DNA of 48,384 bases from IMG/VR virus record IMGVR_UViG_3300027533_000035, positions 1-48,384 of that record. The stretch is one strand, 5' to 3'. Positions within the stretch are counted from its first letter, which is position 1. Every line of letters begins with the position of its first letter. The position numbers and the translations under genes were made by a program. The notes below the pieces were generated by a model. That model was not told the DNA's origin, did no database searches, and was given only the letters and a program-made list of their open reading frames with translations. This document shows, piece after piece, positions 24,469 through 33,623 of this stretch. The DNA comes from a virus. Its lineage: Duplodnaviria; Caudoviricetes.

Positions 24469-24827
24469 GCAGCGCCTGGTCAAAGCGCGAAAGCTATCTG
24501 ATGGTCGACCACCGGGTCGGCCCCGGAATCCCCGAGGGCTACTTCGAAAAGCGCGGTTGGGATCAGCCGAGCATTCCCGGGGGCGCACTCTTCGAGGGGG
24601 CCGTGCTGGTCTGCCTCCACTGTCAGCGACACGTCATTAAGAATCCCAAACGGCAGCGGGAGCGCGCCTACTGCCCAAGCTGTAATGGCTTCGTTTGTGA
24701 TGGTTGTGACGCGCAGCGGAGAGCGCCGGATTACGTCCACCGGCCCTTCGCCAAGCTTGTGGACGACACTCTCGAACGTGGCTCGCGAAGCGAGCTGCAA
24801 CTCCCCCCTCTCCTGAAAGGAGAATGA
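24465..24827 (+). CDS. Zn-finger protein
   Basis: CLHC...CPSC...CDGC; ATG 24465 overlaps the upstream TGA. Confidence 0.65.
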   Translation: MSSAWSKRESYLMVDHRVGPGIPEGYFEKRGWDQPSIPGGALFEGAVLVCLHCQRHVIKNPKRQRERAYCPSCNGFVCDGCDAQRRAPDYVHRPFAKLVDDTLERGSRSELQLPPLLKGE

Positions 24828-24828
24828 A

Positions 24829-25344
24829 ATGTCTCACTTCATCTTCACGAACCAGAACTGGAACCCGGGAGCGGGGACTGCCGACACCTCGGCACTCGCC
24901 TCCGGAAGCATCTTCATGGCGCTCCGCGGCGGCTCCACAACGCAGTACGTTAAGGTGAAGGAGTTTATGCTCAGCGGCTTCGCTGCGGCATCGACGATTT
25001 CGCTTCTGAACTTCGCCCGCTCGTCCACGATCGCCACGACACCAACGGCGCTCGCGGCTCCCGCCTCGGACGGCCCAATGGACGCTACTACGGCGGTCCT
25101 AGCGGCACCAACTGTCTCGTTCACGGTGGCGTCGACCGGACCCCAGAGGAGTGCCGTGACGACGTCCGGAAAGATCAACCTCGGCATGAACCTCTTTGGT
25201 GGCATCCTCAAGTACAATGCGGGGCCGGGTCAGGAGTTCACGGTGATCGGCAACACGGGCATCCTCTCCGAGGCGTTCCTCTCGGCCTTTACTGGAAGTG
25301 CCTCCGGCGCTATGAGCGCCGACATCATCTACGAAGTCGCTTAA
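24829..25344 (+). CDS. Putative virion structural/fibre-associated protein
   Basis: RBS AAGGAG; S/T/A/G-rich beta-type sequence. Confidence 0.6.
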   Translation: MSHFIFTNQNWNPGAGTADTSALASGSIFMALRGGSTTQYVKVKEFMLSGFAAASTISLLNFARSSTIATTPTALAAPASDGPMDATTAVLAAPTVSFTVASTGPQRSAVTTSGKINLGMNLFGGILKYNAGPGQEFTVIGNTGILSEAFLSAFTGSASGAMSADIIYEVA

Positions 25345-25380
25345 CCCGGCTGCCGAAGGCAGCGGCGCAAGGAGGCTACG

Positions 25381-25512
25381 ATGGCTGACGAAGATCAGGA
25401 GCAGGCTCCGGAGTCCGAAAAGCAGTCCGCGGAGGCGAAGGCGAAGCGGATTGAGGAGATCCAAGAGCAGATCAATGAGCTGATCGAGGAACGCGAGAAG
25501 CTCAAAGGCTGA
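25381..25512 (+). CDS. Small acidic coiled-coil protein (43 aa), not in the ORF track
   Basis: AAGGAGG-5 nt-ATG; MADEDQEQAPESEKQSAEAKAKRIEEIQEQINELIEEREKLKG*. Confidence 0.6.
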   Translation: MADEDQEQAPESEKQSAEAKAKRIEEIQEQINELIEEREKLKG

Positions 25513-25543
25513 CCGCAACGCGGGCGAGCGAAGGAGGCGCAAA

Positions 25544-26362
25544 GTGCCAGTTGGATTCTCTGCGAGGGGGCCGCTTTCGCTCATTCCTGCGGGCTACCAG
25601 GGGCCCGGCGACGTGCTGGGCAACTGGATATTCTGGTACGGGACGCGCCCGTTCAGCAACGCGACCGTGACTAATACTCTGTTTCGCATTCGGCGCCCGA
25701 CTGATACTGTCGAGATGGACGTCGCGGCTGACGGTGACGGCGTCTTCGACAGGGTCGGGATTCAGGCGTGGGAGGATGCGGCGGGCTCCACGACGGCGGG
25801 GATTATCGCCCTCTACGATCAGGCGGGAGCCGGGAACCCCTTTGCGCCGGCGATTCCGTCTATCGCACCACTCCTCTCGTGGACTGGTGATCGTCCTGAG
25901 GCTTTCTTTTCCTCGGGGAGCACTCATCGGTTGACGCGGACGGGTAATTCGACTGTGGCTCAGCCGATTTCAGTTCATACGATGGGGTATCACTTCACTG
26001 GAGCAACAAGGCAGCAGTTGGTAGACTTCGGCCTATCACTATACTACCGCGTCTCGGCTAACAATCAAATATCCTTCAATGCAGGGACGGAACAGAGCTT
26101 CACCGCTAGTGATGATGCTTGGCACACCTATGTGGCGGTGGCGAATGGTGCGTCGGGCGGCCTCAGCATCGACGGGGCAGCGCTCAGCACCGTCAATGCG
26201 GGGACGGGCGGCCTCAGCACTGGCGACTACGGTGTTGGGCAGGTAGAGGGAGTTGGCTTCTTCCTCGACGGAGCAATCCGTGAATGGGGGGTTCGCAGCG
26301 TCGCCTCCAGCGATGCGGACTGCACGGCCTACTATAACAATCTCGCGGCGTATTGGGCTTAG
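25544..26362 (+). CDS. ConA/LamG-like lectin-fold receptor-binding or fibre protein
   Basis: WY..R...RIRR..D...LYDQ.G.GN N-terminal part; DDAWHTYVAV...LSIDG...FLDGAIREW LamG-like pattern; RBS AAGGAGG. Confidence 0.6.
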   Translation: MPVGFSARGPLSLIPAGYQGPGDVLGNWIFWYGTRPFSNATVTNTLFRIRRPTDTVEMDVAADGDGVFDRVGIQAWEDAAGSTTAGIIALYDQAGAGNPFAPAIPSIAPLLSWTGDRPEAFFSSGSTHRLTRTGNSTVAQPISVHTMGYHFTGATRQQLVDFGLSLYYRVSANNQISFNAGTEQSFTASDDAWHTYVAVANGASGGLSIDGAALSTVNAGTGGLSTGDYGVGQVEGVGFFLDGAIREWGVRSVASSDADCTAYYNNLAAYWA

Positions 26363-26365
26363 CGG

Positions 26366-28153
26366 ATGAAGGATTTCGAACTCTCAACGGTTCGGCGCAC
26401 GGGCTCTGCGACCGGAGCCCTCGACATGACGCTGAAGGATCTGCTGCTTGCGCGGCGGGTCGTGAGCGTGACGGAGTTCGGGGCGATCCCAGACGGCACG
26501 ACGGTCTGCGATACGCCCATCTTGAATGCGGCGAACTATCTGCTTGGGCTCGGGGGCGGCGTTCTCTATTTCCCCGGAACGGTCAACGCTCAGGCGAACT
26601 ATTACAAGATCACAATTCCGATCAACCTCGCGAGCTGCTCGAACGCAGCCGCGGAGCGGCGGCTCGACCTCATCGGCGACAATGCCAGCACGCAGGACGG
26701 CACCCACATTCGGGGAACGATAAACGGGGACGCCCTCATTCAGGTTTCCTCGAACAGCGCGGGGGTCCGGCTCATTCAAGGGCTGGGCGTCTTCAACTAC
26801 GGCCTCGGAGGGATCGGGATACGCGCCAACGGCCTCCAGTTGATCGAGATCTCGCATTGCCGCGTCGGAGCGCATGGCTGCGGGATCATGTCGAACGAGG
26901 AAGGTGGTGGCCTCTACATCCACAATTGCGACCTCTACGGGAACGACTGCGTTGGCCTCGGAGTGCAGGGGCATCAGACGGCGGTAGAGCATTGCGCGAT
27001 TGTGGGATGGGACGTCGGCATCTCCCTCATCAATGCGGGCTGCAAGATCGCGCACAACCGAGTTGAGCAGAATCGAACGGCCTTCATGTTCGGCTCAGAC
27101 CTCATCGGGGTTGGGCGGGCGACTTCGACCGGCACCTCACTCGACATTGATGAGTTCTATTATGGGACGGCGGATGCTGCCTCCAATACGAATATCGTAA
27201 AGGGGAGCTTCTCAGTCCCTACGGAATATGTTTGGATTAGCTCAGGTACTTCGGGCCTCGGCGTCCATACGACGAACGTCGACACCTACCTCACGGACGA
27301 GACGGTCTGGATCTACAAGGTGACCTCCGTTCAAGGCGTAGAGATCAGCGGCAATACGTTTGAGCGGAACGACGTCGCTGTCGACCACCTCTCGGGCAAC
27401 GGTTGCTCCTATAACGGTAATATGGTCACGGCAACGGTCGGTGCACGACGTCAGGTGACGACGATCACTTGGGCGGCTCCTGGGGGGATTGGAACGGCGA
27501 CCGTGACGACGCCGGGGCACAAGTGGGGGACGAGCGGGACGCGGCGTGTCACAATCGAAGCAATCCCGCTCTCCGGCCACAACACTAATTATGAAGTCAT
27601 CAGCGTCATTGGGACGATCCTCAACTCAACCCAGTTCTCCTATCCGCTGACGCCGGACCCCGGACTCTATACTGCTAGTGGTAGTGTGCAGATGTACTAT
27701 TCTCCCGATCCCGCCTACGGGATGCGGTTCCGGTCCCCTCCTGCGACTGTCGTCAATGGCACCACTATCTCTGGTGTCTTCGAGCAGGCGGCTCTCGACC
27801 TCTATCACGACGGTAGCACGAATCATCATCAGCTCAGCTTCCACGGACTGAGCATCAATAACACCGCCATGCCGACGTATGGTGACGACATTAGAGATCC
27901 TCCCGCGAACCATAAGTGCCTCTTCACCGATGGGCAGGTTCAATTCAATTTGACGTTCACGCTGCTTCCGGGCGAAGTTGGAGGCTATGGGGCCGCGGCG
28001 GTGGGGCAGGAGTTTGTCGTCACGGACGGGCGGGATGCGGCGAGTGCCGTTCCTGATTTCGGTGAAGTCGTCACGCAGGGCGGCGGCTCGACGGCGATCA
28101 AGGTGTTCTGTCAGGTTGCGGGCGCTCCGGGCACTTGGGTGAGGAGCGGCTGA
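26366..28153 (+). CDS. Tailspike/depolymerase with pectate-lyase-like right-handed beta-helix
   Basis: VSVTEFGAIPDGTT..D..I..A.....GGGVLYFPG; Asn/Gly ladder repeats (IAHNRVEQN, ISGNTFERN). Confidence 0.75.
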   Translation: MKDFELSTVRRTGSATGALDMTLKDLLLARRVVSVTEFGAIPDGTTVCDTPILNAANYLLGLGGGVLYFPGTVNAQANYYKITIPINLASCSNAAAERRLDLIGDNASTQDGTHIRGTINGDALIQVSSNSAGVRLIQGLGVFNYGLGGIGIRANGLQLIEISHCRVGAHGCGIMSNEEGGGLYIHNCDLYGNDCVGLGVQGHQTAVEHCAIVGWDVGISLINAGCKIAHNRVEQNRTAFMFGSDLIGVGRATSTGTSLDIDEFYYGTADAASNTNIVKGSFSVPTEYVWISSGTSGLGVHTTNVDTYLTDETVWIYKVTSVQGVEISGNTFERNDVAVDHLSGNGCSYNGNMVTATVGARRQVTTITWAAPGGIGTATVTTPGHKWGTSGTRRVTIEAIPLSGHNTNYEVISVIGTILNSTQFSYPLTPDPGLYTASGSVQMYYSPDPAYGMRFRSPPATVVNGTTISGVFEQAALDLYHDGSTNHHQLSFHGLSINNTAMPTYGDDIRDPPANHKCLFTDGQVQFNLTFTLLPGEVGGYGAAAVGQEFVVTDGRDAASAVPDFGEVVTQGGGSTAIKVFCQVAGAPGTWVRSG

Positions 28154-28326
28154 TGCCAGAACAGATCGTCGACCGCAGCGGCGAAACGTGCTTTGAGGAT
28201 CGGAGTGGGGAGACCGTCTTCCTCGATCGGGCAGGGGACATCGCCGATTGTGGGCTCGTGCCGGAGGAGCCGACGGCGGCGACCGGCTATGCCGGCTTCA
28301 TTCTAATGGGCCAGATCTGCACCTGA
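28153..28326 (+). CDS. Small protein (57 aa) with internal DRSGET repeats
   Basis: TGATG coupling; DRSGETCFE-DRSGETVFL-DRAGD. Confidence 0.5.
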   Translation: MPEQIVDRSGETCFEDRSGETVFLDRAGDIADCGLVPEEPTAATGYAGFILMGQICT

Positions 28327-28336
28327 GGAGGCGTGA

Positions 28337-30664
28337 ATGGCCTTCGCAGAAGTTGGCAGTCTGGGCGCAACCGGCTCGACTAGCAATAACCAAACGGTAC
28401 TCGACCTCACGACGACAGCGACGGCGGCTGCCGGGACGTTAGTCGTCGTCGTGATGGGTACGGATAACATCGCGAACGGCGGGGACGATAACGCCGTCTC
28501 CGGCGTTACGCTCGGGGTTGGTGGCCTCGCGCTCAATAAGGGAGTGCAGATTGCGAACGCCCTCGCGGCGCAGGCGGGGGCGAGCTGCTCGGTCTGGTGG
28601 GTCGTAACGCCGACGGCCTTCACGAGCGGCGGCACGATCAGGGCTACGTTCGGGAGCGGCACGCTGGTTGATGCCAGCGCCATGACAACGAGGAACTTCA
28701 CGGTCGGGCCGCGCTGTTCGGTGGCGGTGGAGGGGACGCCGGGCACCCTCGTTAACAATACGGGAGCTGATCCAGCTTCGCTGAACGTTACGACGGCGAA
28801 CATCGCTTGCCTCCGGGTGCGTGGCATTGCTTCGCAAGTGGGCAATAACACCAACCTCACGAACACGGCTTCGTGGACGCCGTGGGCGAACGGCAACAGT
28901 GCGACCAGCGGAACGGTGGCGGAGATCTGCGCTCGCGCTGAGCATATTATCAGCACCGGGACGGGCTCCGCGAGCGACCCTACCTACGTCAGTGCGATCT
29001 ACGCGAGCGTCTACCTTGCGCTGAAGGAGATCCCCCTCGCCTTCCCGGGTGACTTCAAGAATCCCGAGCAGCCGCACCCGCTCTGGTCGCTGCCCAACGT
29101 GAGGAATTGGACGCTAGAGAACCGGACCCTCTATATCCCCGAGACGCCGACGCACCAGCCGGGGATCGTCTCGGTCTGGCCTTATGCGGACCCACAGTGG
29201 TGGGAGACTCGATGGGCGCAGGTGCCGGGGGCGCTCCAGACGCCAGCGGCTGCGCCCGAAGCGCCTCCGGTGGGGCAGAAGGTTACACCGCTCCCCTTCG
29301 TGCCGGAGCCGCTGGTGGTTTCGTGGATGCGGGGACCGGCACAACCGGCTCCGGTTGAGGCCCCGACGGCCCTTCCGGGAGCCGCGATGGGCTTCCCGGT
29401 TGCCGATCCGCAGTTCGCTGAGCCGCGGTGGGGATGGACGCGGAACGGCATTATGGAGGTGGCGGGCAAGCCATCCTCAGCGGGCGTCTGGCTGCTGCCG
29501 GTTCGCGAAGCGCAGCGTGACCCCTCTTGGGGTCGAGGGCCGAACCTTGCGATGTTCGCCTCGCTGCCGGCTGGGAAGCAGCTAACGCCTCTGCCTCTGC
29601 GCGAAGCGGCACGGGGCGAGCTGTCGTGGGTGCGAAGCGGTCTTGTGATGTTCGGGAAGCCGGTTGGGCAGCAGCTCACTGTGCTTCCGCAGAGGCAGCC
29701 CGTCGCTGCGGCCTCTTGGACCGCGCGGGCGCAGCAAGCGGCGGCGGCAGCCGTCCTTCCGGCTGGACAACAGCTCACGGTGCTTCCGGCGAGGGCTGCG
29801 AAGCCCGTCGAAGGCTGGACGCTGCGTTGGCCGATGCTGACGGAGACGGTGGCGGCTCCGACTGATCTGCCGAGCGCTGGAACGGGTTGGCCGCTCGCGG
29901 AGGCGCGACCCGGCTTCCATCAGTGGGTGGCGAGAAGTCCGCTTTCGCAGCCCGCGGCGATGCCGCCGCCGAGTCAGCGGGACAGGAGCTTGCCGGAGCG
30001 GCTTCCGTCGCGGATGTGGTACTCGTGGGTGCAGGGCTTCGGGCCTGCGGCCATCGTCCAGAGGGCGCCGTTCCAGGCGACGAAGCTAACGCTTCAGTAT
30101 GATAGGCGGATCCACAGTTGGGCGTTTGTGGGAGGGGCGATCTACCTGCCAGCTCCAGAGGTCGCGGTGGCGCTGCCGGGGGCGGCTACGGGCTTCAGTG
30201 TCGCAGACGCGAAGCGAAGCGTTACCTCTGATTGGATGGGCCAGAGGCCACCCGCTGCGGCTGTCGTCGCCCCCGAGATGCCTGTGCGGAACGTGCAGGA
30301 GCTGCCGCGGCTCGCTGCTCGCGGAGACGTTGCGAGCTTCATGGCCCCCGCAGGGGCGATCCGCATCCCGCCGGTCATGCCTCCGAAATCGGACGGCGCG
30401 TGGCGGATTACGCGGGCGGCAGAGCGAGCGCTCCAGCAGGGATGGTCGAGCAGCATTGGGCCGATGCTGGCTGGGTCGCTAGTTAAGCCTCCGCCGACGA
30501 TGCGGGATATGTCGCTTCCGAGGCGCGTAGCGCCGCTGCTGCCACAGTATGTCCAGAAGCCCTTCCAAGGGATGATTCCGGCAGATATTCCGCCGCAGGC
30601 GGGGGGTGACATCCACACCACCTATTTCGGGACGATTAGGGTGGGAACACTTGGAGTCCGTTAA
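28337..30664 (+). CDS. 775-aa protein: beta-rich N-domain plus long Pro/Trp-rich degenerate repeat region
   Basis: RBS GAGGAGG; repeated P[VA]G[QK][KQ][VL]T[PV]LP and ALPGAA.GF.VAD units. Confidence 0.7.
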   Translation: MAFAEVGSLGATGSTSNNQTVLDLTTTATAAAGTLVVVVMGTDNIANGGDDNAVSGVTLGVGGLALNKGVQIANALAAQAGASCSVWWVVTPTAFTSGGTIRATFGSGTLVDASAMTTRNFTVGPRCSVAVEGTPGTLVNNTGADPASLNVTTANIACLRVRGIASQVGNNTNLTNTASWTPWANGNSATSGTVAEICARAEHIISTGTGSASDPTYVSAIYASVYLALKEIPLAFPGDFKNPEQPHPLWSLPNVRNWTLENRTLYIPETPTHQPGIVSVWPYADPQWWETRWAQVPGALQTPAAAPEAPPVGQKVTPLPFVPEPLVVSWMRGPAQPAPVEAPTALPGAAMGFPVADPQFAEPRWGWTRNGIMEVAGKPSSAGVWLLPVREAQRDPSWGRGPNLAMFASLPAGKQLTPLPLREAARGELSWVRSGLVMFGKPVGQQLTVLPQRQPVAAASWTARAQQAAAAAVLPAGQQLTVLPARAAKPVEGWTLRWPMLTETVAAPTDLPSAGTGWPLAEARPGFHQWVARSPLSQPAAMPPPSQRDRSLPERLPSRMWYSWVQGFGPAAIVQRAPFQATKLTLQYDRRIHSWAFVGGAIYLPAPEVAVALPGAATGFSVADAKRSVTSDWMGQRPPAAAVVAPEMPVRNVQELPRLAARGDVASFMAPAGAIRIPPVMPPKSDGAWRITRAAERALQQGWSSSIGPMLAGSLVKPPPTMRDMSLPRRVAPLLPQYVQKPFQGMIPADIPPQAGGDIHTTYFGTIRVGTLGVR

Positions 30665-30721
30665 GGGGGCAGTTATATGGAAAGCGGGCGCTTTATCTGG
30701 GGAGCGGCGTAGAGTGAGGGA

Positions 30722-31255
30722 ATGAACAGCATCGCACCTCATTATCAGGCGAAGAGCGTTCGGTGGTGGCACGACCATATCATCGACGATATGCTCGCGC
30801 ACCCCTTCGACACTCTCGCGGAACGCGGGAAGCGGCTGGGGTACAGCCCCTCCTGGCTGTCTGTGCTCGTAAAGAGCGATATGTTTCGGGCGGCGTACAG
30901 TGCGCGGAAGGGGGAGCTGAACGATCAGCTTCGCGATAGCATTGCGCTGAAAATGGGAAGGGTCGCGGATAAGCACCTCGAGGTGCTGTTGGAGCAGATT
31001 GAGACGAAGCGGACGAATATCCCGTTCGCGGACCTGGCGGCGAGCACGAATAACGTTCTGGAAAAGCTGGGCTTCGGCCCTCCGAAGGGAGATCGGACGG
31101 TGGTGAATGTCCAGCAGAACTCACCGATGATCGCCCCCGTGTCGGCGGAGGTGTTGGCGGAGGCGCGGCAGCGCCTGCGCGGGAGCCAGTTGGTGATTGG
31201 GGGGACTTCGATTGATGAACTCGCGGGAGATCCGAAGGAGGCAGGGGATGCCTGA
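30722..31255 (+). CDS. Putative terminase small subunit
   Basis: N-terminal HTH-like segment (TLAERGKRLGYSPSWLSVLV); upstream of the large terminase. Confidence 0.6.
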   Translation: MNSIAPHYQAKSVRWWHDHIIDDMLAHPFDTLAERGKRLGYSPSWLSVLVKSDMFRAAYSARKGELNDQLRDSIALKMGRVADKHLEVLLEQIETKRTNIPFADLAASTNNVLEKLGFGPPKGDRTVVNVQQNSPMIAPVSAEVLAEARQRLRGSQLVIGGTSIDELAGDPKEAGDA

Positions 31256-31784
31256 GGGCTTGGTGGTGCTTCAGGAGTCCCGAACGGCGCTTGCGCCGCC
31301 TCCTCGTCGGTTCCGCGAGGCAGGGGCCGTCCGTGCTGCGTGGCCTTGCGAGGGGCCATTCGGGCGGACGGCCCAACGCCTGCGCGGCAGTCCCGCGATG
31401 CGAGCTGGGATACGGTATGAGCGGAAGGTGTCGAAGCAGCTCAAGTTGGACCTGCCGGGCATATGGATCTCGCCGTGGTTTCGCTTTCAGACGGAGCTGG
31501 GCGACACCCGATGGTGTCAGCCAGATGCGCTTCTTGTTGGGAAGGATCAAGTCGTCCTCTTCGAGGTGAAGGTGCGGAGCACGAGTGATGCTTGGTGGCA
31601 GCTTGAAAAGCTCTACAAGCCGGTGGTAGAGAAGGCATTTGGCAGGACCGTTGAGGGCCTCGTTATGGTGTGCAAGCACTTCGATCCGGCGACGACGGGG
31701 CTCGGGGGCGAGCCTCATCATGTGTTCAGCTTCCGCGAGGCGAGCGAAGCCCGCGGGTTCTCGGTGATGCAATGGCGAGCATAG
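31248..31784 (+). CDS. PD-(D/E)XK nuclease-like protein
   Basis: G..YE...QPDALL...VLFEVK...QL..Y; ATG 31248 after AAGGAGG. Confidence 0.65.
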   Translation: MPEGLVVLQESRTALAPPPRRFREAGAVRAAWPCEGPFGRTAQRLRGSPAMRAGIRYERKVSKQLKLDLPGIWISPWFRFQTELGDTRWCQPDALLVGKDQVVLFEVKVRSTSDAWWQLEKLYKPVVEKAFGRTVEGLVMVCKHFDPATTGLGGEPHHVFSFREASEARGFSVMQWRA

Positions 31785-33331
31785 CCGCCCAGCCGCCTGC
31801 GCTGACGCCGGAGGAAATGATCCATCTGTGTGCGGTGGATAATGATTTCTTCTGCCACACGTTCTTCCCGGAGGCGTTTCGGTCGAGTAGCCCCCCATAT
31901 GCAGCTCGACTGGACCGGGCGTTGAACGATCCGAAGGTTCGGCTCCTCAACGCCCGTGTCTTCCGAGGCGGTGCCAAGACTACGCTGCTGAGGGCGTTTG
32001 CGGCGAAGCGGGTAGCGTTCGGCACTTCGCGTACGATCCTGTACGTCGGCGCGAGTGAGGGCCACGCTACACGAAGCGTACAGTGGTTGCGGGGAAAGAT
32101 CGAGCCGAAAATGGGAGGGGATGGTGTTCTCCGAGCGACTCCGTTCGCGCATACGTTCGGTCTTCGGCCTGGCAAGAAGTGGCAGGAGCATGAGATTGAG
32201 ATCATCCAGTCGGTACCGCGAAAGGATGGAACGACAGAGGAGAGAAATTTTTGGGTTATGGGAGTGGGTATTACTGGCAGCATTAGGGGTATCAATTTCG
32301 ATGATTACCGTCCTGACCTTATCATATTGGATGACGTAATCACCGATGAGAGTGCGGCCACCAGCATCCAGCGGGACAAGCTTTCGGACCTCATCATGGG
32401 TGCGATCAAGAATTCTTTGGCACCGGCATCAGAGGAACCGAATGCGAAGATTGTCATGCTCCAAACGCCCCTCGACAGCGATGACGCGAGTGGACGAGCG
32501 GAACGCTCGTCTGAATGGCACACGGAGCAGTTCGGGTGCTGGACGCCCGAGACTGCTGAAAGCAGGGTCGAGGAGCAGGAGAGTGCTTGGCCTGAGAGGT
32601 TCCCCAGCGAAACGCTGCGGAAGGAGAAGCTGGCAGCGATCGTAGATAACCGCTATTCCGTCTTTGCGAGGGAAATGGAGGTCAAGCTAGTCGCGGCTGA
32701 GCAGCTCACCTTCCGGCCGAACTGGTTGCGGAAGTACAGTGAACCACCGAAGGTGGGCACTTGCGTCATGAGCATCGACCCGGTGCCGCCGCCGAGCGAT
32801 CTCCAGATTGCGAAGGGGATGCAGGGGAAGGACTATGAGGCGATCAGCGTTGTGGCGCGGGGGAAGGGTGAATACTATCTCCTCGACTATGCAGTCTCGC
32901 GTGGGCACTCGCCCACATGGACGGCGGCGAAGTTCTTCGAGTTCATTCAGCGGTACAGGCCGCAGTGCTGCGTGCTGTCGATTGTTGCGGCGGAGAGGTA
33001 TCTCAAATGGTTCCTCGAAAAGGAGATGAGCCGGAGGCAGATCTTCGTCCCTCTGAAGGAGGCACCGATCGGCAAACAGGCGAAGTTTCATCGAATCGCG
33101 GCAGCGTTGAGTGGCGTCTCGAGTCAGGGGAAACTTTGGTGTTCCGACCATCATGCCGAGTTCATACTGCAATTCGAAAGTTTTGGCTTTGGCTATCGGG
33201 GGAACGACGACTTGATTGAGAGCGTGGCGAATGGGGTCGCGGAGCTGACAAATCCCTATCTGGAACTCGTGGCAGAGAACTACGAGTTCGAGGATCTGGA
33301 GGAGTTTCCGCTCCTTCAGCAGTGCCCTTAA
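31772..33331 (+). CDS. terL: Terminase large subunit
   Basis: Walker A FRGGAKTT; IRG...RPDLIILDD Walker B; RNase-H-like SIDP...D...DDLIE. Confidence 0.9.
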   Translation: MASIAAQPPALTPEEMIHLCAVDNDFFCHTFFPEAFRSSSPPYAARLDRALNDPKVRLLNARVFRGGAKTTLLRAFAAKRVAFGTSRTILYVGASEGHATRSVQWLRGKIEPKMGGDGVLRATPFAHTFGLRPGKKWQEHEIEIIQSVPRKDGTTEERNFWVMGVGITGSIRGINFDDYRPDLIILDDVITDESAATSIQRDKLSDLIMGAIKNSLAPASEEPNAKIVMLQTPLDSDDASGRAERSSEWHTEQFGCWTPETAESRVEEQESAWPERFPSETLRKEKLAAIVDNRYSVFAREMEVKLVAAEQLTFRPNWLRKYSEPPKVGTCVMSIDPVPPPSDLQIAKGMQGKDYEAISVVARGKGEYYLLDYAVSRGHSPTWTAAKFFEFIQRYRPQCCVLSIVAAERYLKWFLEKEMSRRQIFVPLKEAPIGKQAKFHRIAAALSGVSSQGKLWCSDHHAEFILQFESFGFGYRGNDDLIESVANGVAELTNPYLELVAENYEFEDLEEFPLLQQCP

Positions 33332-33347
33332 CAGCAAGGAGAAGGAA

Positions 33348-33578
33348 ATGCCCACTGAAGCAGAACTGGAACAGCTTTTTGTTCGCGTGAGCGAGCTGGA
33401 GGCGTGGCGGAAGGTTAAGGACGGCAGCGTGCAGAAGGAGGTTCCGAAGGAACCCGCACCGAAAGGAGAGGTGCCGAAGGCACCGCCCTTTCCGTCGCTC
33501 TCGCCGAACCCAGCCTCTCCACCGAAGAACGAAAACCACACTACGTCCGGCACCCAAAGCCAGACGTCGAAAAAGTAA
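33348..33578 (+). CDS. Small Pro-rich hypothetical protein
   Basis: RBS AAGGAGAAGG; lies between terL and portal. Confidence 0.55.
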   Translation: MPTEAELEQLFVRVSELEAWRKVKDGSVQKEVPKEPAPKGEVPKAPPFPSLSPNPASPPKNENHTTSGTQSQTSKK

Positions 33579-33623
33579 GACGAAGCCCGCGAAGCGGGCG
33601 CGCTAACCCGAAGGGGCGAGCCA

